This document shows, in pieces, positions 38,999-46,751 of a stretch of 56,109 bases of DNA (position 1 is the stretch's first letter; each line of letters starts with the position of its first letter). Source of the stretch: Alphaproteobacteria bacterium (GTDB lineage Bacteria > Pseudomonadota > Alphaproteobacteria > Bin95); NCBI GenBank assembly GCA_026710105.1, contig JAPORR010000018.1, forward strand, positions 1 through 56,109. The letters run 5' to 3'. The position numbers and the translations under genes are program-made. Under the pieces are notes generated by a model. It was not told the origin of the DNA, made no database searches, and worked only from the letters and a program-made list of their open reading frames with translations.

Positions 38999-41767
38999 AT
39001 GATCGACAAGCCTGACAAGTCCGCCGCGCCCGTCCTTTTCATGCTGGATGGTCGCGAGGCGCTGGCGCTGACGGGCGAGACCATCTGGCAGGCGGCGGCA
39101 CGCATCGGCACGGTGCTGCCACATCTTTGCTACGCGCCGGAGCCAGGTTACCGCGCTGACGGCAACTGCCGCGTCTGCATGGTCGAGATCGAAGGCGAAC
39201 GGGCACTGGCCCCGTCCTGCCTGCGTTGTCCCGAGCCGGGTATGATCGTCAATAGTGCCGGTGCCCGCCCGGCGCGCGCTCGGCGCATGGTTCTGGAAAT
39301 GCTGCTGGCGGACCAGCCAGCCGAGAGCCATGATCCCGCCTCGCGCTTCGGCCACTGGATCACCGATGCCGGCCTCGAAACCACCCGCCTGCCTGCCCGC
39401 GAGGCACCGCCGGAGGATGTCAGCCATCCCGCGATGGCGGTCAATCTCGACGCCTGCATCCATTGCAATCTCTGTGTGCGCGCCTGCCGCGAAGTGCAGA
39501 TCAACGATGTCATCGGCATGGCTGGGCGCGGGTCGGGCGCGAAGATCGTTTTCGATTTTGACGACCCCATGGACGGCTCGACCTGCGTTGCTTGCGGGGA
39601 GTGCGTGCAGGCCTGTCCCACAGGCGCGCTGATGCCGAAAACGGCGCTCGGCGCGCCGCGCCCGGACCGCCGGGTGGACAGCGTATGCCCCTATTGCGGC
39701 GTCGGCTGCCAGATCACCTATTCGATCAGCGAGGACCGGCTTGTTTCGGTGGAGGGCCGCAGTGGCCCAGCCAATGAGCAGCGGCTCTGCGTCAAGGGTC
39801 GGTTCGGCTTCGACTATATTTCCCACCCGGAGCGGCTGACGCACCCGTTAGTTCGCCGCGAGGACGCGCCCAAGGGCATGAATGTCGATCCTGCCCGGCC
39901 GCTGACCCATTTCCGTGAAGCGAGCTGGGAGGAGGCGCTAGACAGGGCCGCGGCCGGCCTAGTGGCCGCGAAGGACAAGCATGGGAACAGGGCACTTGCC
40001 GGTTTTGGGTCCGCCAAAGGCTCGAATGAGGAGGCCTATCTCTTCCAGAAACTCGTGCGCACCGGCTTCGGCTCCAACAATGTGGACCATTGCACGCGGC
40101 TGTGCCACGCCTCCTCCGTGGCAGCGCTGCTGGAAGGCATTGGCTCCGGGGCTGTCACTGCTACCTTCAACGAGGTCCGGAATGCCGATGCGCTGATCGT
40201 CATCGGTGCCAACCCGACCGAGAACCACCCGGTCGCGGCCACCTATTTCAAGCAGGCGGCAAAACGTGGCGCGGCGCTGATTGTCATGGACCCGCGCGGC
40301 CAGGCGCTGAAGCGCCATGCGACACATATGCTGCAATTCCGGCCTGGCCGCGATGTGGCAATGCTGAACGCGATCATGCACACCATCATCGCCGAGGAAC
40401 TTTACGACCAACAGTATATTGCCACACACACTGCTGATTTCGAGGCGCTCAAGGACCATCTCGTCGCTTTTCCGCCCGAAAGCATGGCTCCGCTTTGCGG
40501 CATCGACGCCGACATGCTGAAGGAGGTCGCGCGGGTCTATGCCCGTGCCGGGCGCGCGATGATTTTCTGGGGCATGGGCGTCTCGCAGCATGTACACGGC
40601 ACGGACAACGCCCGCTGTCTGATTGCGCTCGCGCTGATGTGTGGCCATGTCGGCCGGCCCGGGACAGGCCTGCATCCGCTACGCGGCCAGAATAATGTTC
40701 AGGGCGCTTCTGATGCAGGCCTCATTCCGATGATGTATCCGGACTATCGGCGGGTCGCGGAGCCGGAGGCGCAGGCCCGCTTCGAGGCGGCTTGGGGAGT
40801 TGCGCTCGACCCGGAGCCCGGCCTAACCGTGGTCGAGATCGTCGATGCAGCCCATAAGGGTGATGTGCGGGCGATGTACATTATGGGCGAGAACCCGGCG
40901 ATGTCGGACCCGGACGCGACCCATGCCCGCGAGGCATTTGCCAGGCTCGACCATCTCGTGGTGCAGGACCTGTTCCTGACCGAGACGGCGATGTTTGCCG
41001 ATGTCGTGCTGCCAGCCTCGGCGTGGCCAGAGAAGGACGGCACCGTGACCAACACCAACCGTCAGGTGCAGCGCGGGCGCAAGGCGTTCGAGCCGCCAGG
41101 CACTGCGCGCGAGGATTGGCGGATCATCCAGGATATCGCCCAGCGCATGGGTCTCGACTGGCACTACGCCCACCCGCGCGACATCTATGCCGAAATGGCG
41201 GCGCTGATGCCGTCCCTGAACCATATTGGCTGGGAACGCCTGGAAGCGGAGAGCGCCGTCACCTATCCGTCCGACGGCCCGGACGATCCGGGTCATGCCG
41301 TCGTGTTCGCGGACCGCTTTTCGACCGGCGATGGGCGGGCGCGCTTCGTGTCGGCTGCCCTCACACCCCCCGCCGAGGAGCCGGATGCAGATTACCCGAT
41401 GGTGTTGACCACCGGACGGCAACTGGAGCATTGGCATACCGGTGCCATGACGCGCCGCGCGAGCATGCTGGATGCGCTTGAACCGGAGGCGACGGCAAGC
41501 ATCGCGCCGGCGGACCTGCGCGCCCTCGGCCTCGCGCCGGGCGACCGCGTGCGCGTCGAAACCCGGCGCGGTGCCATCGAGCTCACCGCGCGTATGGACG
41601 GTGCAGTGCCGGCAGGCCTCGTCTTCGCACCATTCGCCTATGTCGAGGCGGCAGCGAACAAGCTCACCAATCCGCAGCTCGACCCTTGGGGCAAGATTCC
41701 GGAGTTCAAGTTCTGTGCCGCCCGAATTGTGCCGGCCGGGGAAGGGCCTGCGGCAGAGCGCTCGTGA
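38999..41767 (+). CDS. fdhF: Formate dehydrogenase alpha subunit (Mo/W-bisPGD, Cys ligand)
   Basis: N-terminal 2Fe-2S (GNCRVCMVE), two CxxCxxCxxxC motifs, CPYCGVGC, NNVDHCTRLCH, PLRGQNNVQG, KIPEFK. Confidence 0.93.
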   Translation: MIDKPDKSAAPVLFMLDGREALALTGETIWQAAARIGTVLPHLCYAPEPGYRADGNCRVCMVEIEGERALAPSCLRCPEPGMIVNSAGARPARARRMVLEMLLADQPAESHDPASRFGHWITDAGLETTRLPAREAPPEDVSHPAMAVNLDACIHCNLCVRACREVQINDVIGMAGRGSGAKIVFDFDDPMDGSTCVACGECVQACPTGALMPKTALGAPRPDRRVDSVCPYCGVGCQITYSISEDRLVSVEGRSGPANEQRLCVKGRFGFDYISHPERLTHPLVRREDAPKGMNVDPARPLTHFREASWEEALDRAAAGLVAAKDKHGNRALAGFGSAKGSNEEAYLFQKLVRTGFGSNNVDHCTRLCHASSVAALLEGIGSGAVTATFNEVRNADALIVIGANPTENHPVAATYFKQAAKRGAALIVMDPRGQALKRHATHMLQFRPGRDVAMLNAIMHTIIAEELYDQQYIATHTADFEALKDHLVAFPPESMAPLCGIDADMLKEVARVYARAGRAMIFWGMGVSQHVHGTDNARCLIALALMCGHVGRPGTGLHPLRGQNNVQGASDAGLIPMMYPDYRRVAEPEAQARFEAAWGVALDPEPGLTVVEIVDAAHKGDVRAMYIMGENPAMSDPDATHAREAFARLDHLVVQDLFLTETAMFADVVLPASAWPEKDGTVTNTNRQVQRGRKAFEPPGTAREDWRIIQDIAQRMGLDWHYAHPRDIYAEMAALMPSLNHIGWERLEAESAVTYPSDGPDDPGHAVVFADRFSTGDGRARFVSAALTPPAEEPDADYPMVLTTGRQLEHWHTGAMTRRASMLDALEPEATASIAPADLRALGLAPGDRVRVETRRGAIELTARMDGAVPAGLVFAPFAYVEAAANKLTNPQLDPWGKIPEFKFCAARIVPAGEGPAAERS

Positions 41768-42912
41768 AACGGGCCGGTCCCGTCCTTGTAGGTGGGCTGC
41801 TGCTCGCGGCGGCGTCAAATCCGTGGCCGGCGGCCAGCCAGCGCACTATTGCCGTCAACCTGCCGCTGCCGGCAGCGCATCCTGTCGCAGCCTCGGGCTG
41901 GCGCCGGTTCGCCGAAACGGCGGCGCGGGACAAACAGTTTGCCTTCCGTTTGTTCGTGGACGGCTCGCTGCTGGGCCGGAAGCACGCGATGGACGGCGTT
42001 GCGCATGGCGATGCGCAGATGGGTTATACGACGCTGGCGGCCTATCCAGCCGGCATGCCGCATAGGGCGGTGCCCGGTCGGCTGGCGCTTGCCGGGCCTG
42101 ACCCGATGGCCGGTGCCGCCGCCATGTCTGAATTCGTCATGCTGCACTGCCCGGCATGCCTGAAATCCCTGGCGCAGCATGGGATCGTCTTTCTCGGCAG
42201 CCACGCTGCCGGCCCCTTCCACCTACTCTCCCCTAGGCCGTTGGCCCGGGCGGACACGCTGAAAGGCGCACGCATCGCCAGCCCAGGACCCCCCTGGGAC
42301 AGGCTACTGCAGCGCCTGGACGGCCTGCCGGTCGCCGTTGAAGGAAGCCTGGCGCAGGCGCTGGAAACGGGGAACATCGACGCCGTGCTCGGCCCGGTCG
42401 CGCTGCTCGCCACACCGGCGCTTGCGGACCGGGCGCAGACGGTCACGGCCATACATCTGGGCATCCATCGCGTAGCGAGCCCATTCACCGCGAGTCTCGG
42501 GTTCTGGCGAACACTGATGCCGGAGGAGCGAGCAGCGTTACTGGATGCCGCACCGGTGGGGCTCGCCGCCGCCGCGCTCGCCTACCGAGCTGCTGACCAA
42601 GAGGCACGCAAGGCAATGGAGAAGGCCGGCATCGCCTTCAGCCGCGCCCATCCTGCCCTGATGCGCAGGGCAGCCGATTTCGACGCCGGAGACGGCGCAG
42701 TGGAGTTGCGCGCCACAGGCGAAGGAACCACAGGGCTTGCCGCCGCCTTCCGCCGGTTGCACGACAAATACAGCCGCCTGTTCGCCGAGGCCGGATCGCC
42801 AGCCGGATTGTCGGACGAATTATCGGCCGGGCCGGTCGCTGGCGTCCTGAGGCGCGAAATCTTCGACCGGCTCGACCCTGAGACATACGGCCTGGGGCTG
42901 GAACGGCCCTGA
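41764..42912 (+). CDS. Divergent TRAP-type (DctP-like) solute-binding protein
   Basis: Signal-like N-terminus, GSLLG...MDGVAHGDAQMG, TLKGARI, ALETGNIDA, FWRTL.PEERAAL; GTG overlaps the fdh stop. Confidence 0.7.
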   Translation: MKRAGPVLVGGLLLAAASNPWPAASQRTIAVNLPLPAAHPVAASGWRRFAETAARDKQFAFRLFVDGSLLGRKHAMDGVAHGDAQMGYTTLAAYPAGMPHRAVPGRLALAGPDPMAGAAAMSEFVMLHCPACLKSLAQHGIVFLGSHAAGPFHLLSPRPLARADTLKGARIASPGPPWDRLLQRLDGLPVAVEGSLAQALETGNIDAVLGPVALLATPALADRAQTVTAIHLGIHRVASPFTASLGFWRTLMPEERAALLDAAPVGLAAAALAYRAADQEARKAMEKAGIAFSRAHPALMRRAADFDAGDGAVELRATGEGTTGLAAAFRRLHDKYSRLFAEAGSPAGLSDELSAGPVAGVLRREIFDRLDPETYGLGLERP

Positions 42913-43059
42913 GTCTTGGCATCGTCTTGGACCTGCATAGCAATAGTGCCGGTCTCGGCAGATGACACGGGATAGGCGGGAGGCACCCGCATTGCAGGCG
43001 TGCAGGGGAGACGCTAAGACAGCTGGCGACAGCGGGCACCCCCGGCCAGGAGAGACATA

Positions 43060-43731
43060 ATGGGCGAGTGGATCGAGATTGCGTCAAGCGACGGCTTCGC
43101 GCTGGCGTGCTACACGGCGGCGCCCAAGGGCGCGCCGAAGGGCGGCATTCTGGTTATCCAGGAGATTTTTGGCGTGAACGCGCATATCCGCGAGGTAGCA
43201 GACAGCTATGCGGCTGACGGCTATCTCGCCTGGGCGCCCTCGTTTTACGACCGGGTCGAGCGGCGCTTCGAATGCGGCTACACGCCGGAGGAGATCGCCA
43301 AGGCCCGCGATATCATGGCCGGGTCGTCCTTCGACACGGCTGTCCAGGATATGGCTGCGGCGGTCGAGGGGCTCCGGGCCACGGGCGCCGGCAAGATCGG
43401 CTCGGTCGGCTATTGCTGGGGCGGATCTTCCTCTTTCCTGGCCGCCACCCGCATCGGCATCGACGCCAGCGTTTGCTATTATGGCGGGCAGATCGCGCGG
43501 TTCCGGGATGAGACGGCGAAGAACCCGCTGCTGATGCATTTCGGCGAGCAGGACCACGGCATTCCGATGGAGGATGTGGAAGCGATCCGCGCGGCCCAGC
43601 CCGGGGCAGAGGTCCATCTCTATCCTGCCGGCCACGGCTTCAACTGCAATCACCGTGCCGACTTCCACGAGGAGTCGGCGGGGCTTGCCCGCGCTCGCAG
43701 CCTCGCCTTCTTCGCACAGCACACGGCCTGA
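43060..43731 (+). CDS. Dienelactone hydrolase family protein (second paralogue)
   Basis: IQEIFGVN, GYCWGG, HFGEQD, AGHGFNC. Confidence 0.93.
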   Translation: MGEWIEIASSDGFALACYTAAPKGAPKGGILVIQEIFGVNAHIREVADSYAADGYLAWAPSFYDRVERRFECGYTPEEIAKARDIMAGSSFDTAVQDMAAAVEGLRATGAGKIGSVGYCWGGSSSFLAATRIGIDASVCYYGGQIARFRDETAKNPLLMHFGEQDHGIPMEDVEAIRAAQPGAEVHLYPAGHGFNCNHRADFHEESAGLARARSLAFFAQHTA

Positions 43732-43889
43732 CATGGCCTAAGTGCACGGCTACAGGAGCCGGCTGCCGGAGTTGGGAATCATGCGCTGTCGGCAGGCGCG
43801 GCGGGACACACAGTGTTCCGCAGTCAGAAGGTGCGGAGGCGGGGTACCATCCCGGTTTCCGGCAACCGCCCCGGTGTCACCGGGCCGTG

Positions 43890-44120
43890 CGCCACCGCCT
43901 GCCCGAGGACTGGACGGTGCGCTACAACATCACGCCCGTGCTCATCGAGACCTTCGTCGAAACACCCCGCTACACCGGCGCCGTCTACAAGGCATCCGGC
44001 TGGACCCGCGTCGGGACCACCCAGGGGCGCGGGCGCTACGACACCCACATGAAACGGGCCCAGGAAAAACATCTGGCTGCGGCCGCTGAGACGAAACTGG
44101 GGGCAAACCCTCAATCGATG
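43890..44120 (+). pseudogene. 3' fragment of a DUF4338 (DruA-like, IS-associated) gene
   Basis: RLPEDW..RYNITPVLIETFVETPRYTGAVYKASGWTRVGTTQGRGRYD, then a frameshift to IWLRPLRRNW; 5' part absent. Confidence 0.75.
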
Positions 44121-44546
44121 AAATCGCCAACCCCATCACCCGACGAACGAAGGATTACAAAATTGCGGCATTCGATTTGATGACTGATTCCAGGATTTGG
44201 TCCCTACGCCAACGGATAAAGGGATTATTTTTCAATGATTTTATATAGTTACGAGATTTCACCATGAACTTCTCCGGCTTTGTTCCGGGGAACCTCGCCT
44301 TCGAGCACCGCCCGGAAGCGTTCGGGATCGACCGGGCCGGAGAGGCCGAGCGCCTCGGCGCCCCGGCCCGCCCAGGCGCTGGCTTCCCTGTGCGCCGCGT
44401 CTTCCCCTGACTTCGACGGTTGGGCCGGCTTTTGGCTAGTCTCCCGTTTGGAGATTTCAGCGAATACAATGACTTAGAAGGTGTGGGTCAGTCAACTCGC
44501 TTTGTTGTGCCTAGTGGATATATTTGGTTGGCGGTGGCCCCGCCCA

Positions 44547-44555
44547 TGCTATACT
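44547..44555 (+). promoter_or_regulatory. Extended -10 (TGcTATACT) for a leaderless transposase mRNA
   Basis: TGCTATACT ends 6 nt before ATG 44562; no SD. Confidence 0.55.
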
Positions 44556-44561
44556 CCCCCC

Positions 44562-46181
44562 ATGTTCGTACGCATCAAGACCACCCCCAATAGCCCGCGC
44601 CGCTCGGTCCAACTCGTCGAAGGCGTGCGTGACGGCGGCAAGGTCCGCCAGCGCATCGTCCGCCACATCGGTGTGGCCATGGATGAGGACGAGCTTGAGC
44701 GCTTGAGGCGGCTCGGCGAGTACGTCAAGGCGAAGCTGGAGGACGAGCACCAGCCTTCGTTGTTCGCACCCGATACGATCGCGGACCAGGTAATCCGCGT
44801 CGGACGCCAGGGGGACGGCAAGCTTCCGGTCGATCTCAAGCAGCTTGAAGAGGAGCAGCGCCTGATCACGGGCATCCACGAGGTCTACGGCGAGATGTAC
44901 CGCCAACTGGGCTTGGATGGGCTGCTGCCGCGCTCGCGCTACCGGGCTTCGCACGACGCGCTCTTCCACGTGGTGATGGCACGCATCGCCAACCCCGACA
45001 GCAAGCGGGGCAGCGTGCGCCGGCTCGAGGAAGACTTCGGCGTCAGCCTTCCCCTTGAGAAGGTCTACCGGATGATGGACCAGCTCGACGCGCCTGTGAT
45101 CAACCATCTGCGCAGGCGCGTGGGGGAGGCGAGCCGGTCTCTGTTGCCGGTGGCGGTACTCTTCTTCGATTGCACCACGCTCTACTTCGAGACCGCGGTT
45201 GAGGACGAGCTTCGCCAGCACGGTTTCAGCAAAGACGGCAAGCACAGGGACTCGCAGGTCCTGCTGGCCCTGATGGTGACGCGCGAGGGACTGCCGATTA
45301 GCTACGAGGTCTTCCCCGGTTCCACCTACGAGGGGCACAGCCTGGTCCTGCAGGACATGCAACGCCGCCACCAAGTGGAGCGCGCGGTGTGCGTGCGAGG
45401 TATGCTGAGTGCCGCCAACCTCGACGCCATGGACAAGATCGGCGGCGAGTATGTCGTCGGTGCGCGGCTGCGCAATCTGCCGGTCGCGCTGCAGAAGCAG
45501 GTCCTTGAGACCGACGCCTACGTCCCGCTGGAAGGATCGGAGGATCGCCGGGTCGGCGAATGGGAGCACAAGGGCCGGCGGCTGATCGTCGTCTTCTGTC
45601 CGAAGCGCGCGCGCAAGGACGCATACGAGCGCCGCCATCAGGTGCAGCGCCTGCTCGAAAGGCTGAAGCGCAATCCCAAGGAGTTGCTCTCCCATCACGG
45701 CGCCAAGCGCTTCATCGCCGTCGAGGGGGACGCGCGGCTCACGGTGAACCCGGAGAAGATCGCCGAAGCCGAGCGATGGGACGGGCTCGCCGGTGTCGTC
45801 ACCAATCTGCGCGATGCGAGCACTGCCGAAGTGATGGCCCACTACCACGGGCTCTGGCAGGTCGAGGAGAGCTTCCGCATCACCAAGCACGACCTGAAGG
45901 TGCGCCCGATCTGGCACTGGAACGAGAACCGCATCCGCATCGCCATCGCCTTCATGGCCTTCGCCTGCGTCCGCCACCTTGCCTACCGCGTCGCCATCCA
46001 GAAAAAGCGGATGTCCCCGGAAGTGATCCGTTCCGCTCTCGTCCACCGTCAATGCTCGGTCCTGTCCTGCCGGCAATCGGGCAACCGCTACGTCATCCCC
46101 TCAAAGCCGACCCCAGTAGCCGAGCAGATCTACGCAACCATGGGGCTACCCCTGACGATCACCCCGTACCAACTCGTCTGA
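44562..46181 (+). CDS. IS1634-family transposase, probably inactive
   Basis: MFVRIKT start, LFFDCTTLYF, GFSKDGK, WQVEESFRITK.DL.VRPI.H; the expected second catalytic Asp (ADRG) appears missing (VCVRGML). Confidence 0.88.
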   Translation: MFVRIKTTPNSPRRSVQLVEGVRDGGKVRQRIVRHIGVAMDEDELERLRRLGEYVKAKLEDEHQPSLFAPDTIADQVIRVGRQGDGKLPVDLKQLEEEQRLITGIHEVYGEMYRQLGLDGLLPRSRYRASHDALFHVVMARIANPDSKRGSVRRLEEDFGVSLPLEKVYRMMDQLDAPVINHLRRRVGEASRSLLPVAVLFFDCTTLYFETAVEDELRQHGFSKDGKHRDSQVLLALMVTREGLPISYEVFPGSTYEGHSLVLQDMQRRHQVERAVCVRGMLSAANLDAMDKIGGEYVVGARLRNLPVALQKQVLETDAYVPLEGSEDRRVGEWEHKGRRLIVVFCPKRARKDAYERRHQVQRLLERLKRNPKELLSHHGAKRFIAVEGDARLTVNPEKIAEAERWDGLAGVVTNLRDASTAEVMAHYHGLWQVEESFRITKHDLKVRPIWHWNENRIRIAIAFMAFACVRHLAYRVAIQKKRMSPEVIRSALVHRQCSVLSCRQSGNRYVIPSKPTPVAEQIYATMGLPLTITPYQLV

Positions 46182-46253
46182 GCGCCGACAAACACCGCCC
46201 AGATTCGAAGAAATGCCGGATGTTGTGCCTAGCCGGAAATGAGAACCGGGCAA

Positions 46254-46266
46254 TATCAACGACTTA
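46254..46266 (+). promoter_or_regulatory. IHF-binding consensus near the IS right end
   Basis: TATCAACGACTTA matches WATCAANNNNTTR; near match ATACAATGACTTA at 44464 near the left end. Confidence 0.5.
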
Positions 46267-46290
46267 CGAGATTCAACCGTCGAAGTCAGG

Positions 46291-46414
46291 ACTCCTAGAC
46301 AAGGCCGGGGCTGAAACTCCTCTGGAGACCAAGCCTTCCGGCATCATCGTGCGCGAGGGCGAGGAGGTACGTGTCGAAACCCCCGGCGCGGGCGGGTTCG
46401 GGTCGCCGTCATAA
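46291..46414 (+). pseudogene. 3' remnant of a hydantoinase B/5-oxoprolinase family gene
   Basis: TKPSGIIVREGEEVRVETPGAGGFG*, resembling the family's TPGGGGxG C-terminus; begins at the IS end. Confidence 0.65.
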
Positions 46415-46443
46415 GCTGGGGTCAAACGCTTGCCCTATCGCAG

Positions 46444-46463
46444 GCTTCTGACCAAACAGAAGC
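46444..46463. terminator. Hairpin between convergent genes
   Basis: GCTTCTG-ACCAAA-CAGAAGC; no clear U tract. Confidence 0.3.
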
Positions 46464-46495
46464 TCCGGTTCCAGCCGTAGGAAAAATGGTGCTTC

Positions 46496-46744
46496 TTACC
46501 CCCCACCGATGCGGGGGAGGAGATAGACTTCGGCGCCTTCGGGGATTTCGGCGGTCAAGTCGTCCTGGTACATCACACCGTCTATGGCGACGGCCATGCT
46601 TTCCTCGACCTCGCGGCCGAGACCCGGGAAGCGCGCCTCAAGATCCCGAACCAGGGCTCTTATGTTTGCGGCATCCGACTCCAACTCGGCCTTGCCGTCG
46701 GCATAGTGGCGGCAGGCCGAGTTGGTCAGGACGATACGGGCCAA
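46496..46744 (-). CDS. MoaD/ThiS family ubiquitin-like protein
   Basis: ~82 aa, L..RFPGL, VAIDG, C-terminal PRIGGG; TTG 46744 after GAGGA. Confidence 0.85.
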   Translation of the reverse strand: MARIVLTNSACRHYADGKAELESDAANIRALVRDLEARFPGLGREVEESMAVAIDGVMYQDDLTAEIPEGAEVYLLPRIGGG

Positions 46745-46751
46745 GAGAGGG

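Larger units (their letters stand above)
44406..46290 (+). mobile_element. IS1634-family insertion sequence
   Basis: Perfect 17-bp terminal IRs CCTGACTTCGACGGTTG (44406-44422; 46274-46290) around a transposase gene. Confidence 0.9.

Noticed and set aside
40080-40110. Possible selenocysteine recoding in formate dehydrogenase
   Set aside because: The ligand codon is TGC (Cys) and the ORF has no in-frame TGA.
43890-44120. Druantia anti-phage system, suggested by the DruA-like fragments
   Set aside because: Only broken fragments in IS context; no DruE helicase or other dru genes.
44511-46076. 521-aa ORF antisense to the IS1634 transposase
   Set aside because: Mirror-frame shadow with no recognisable domain or RBS.
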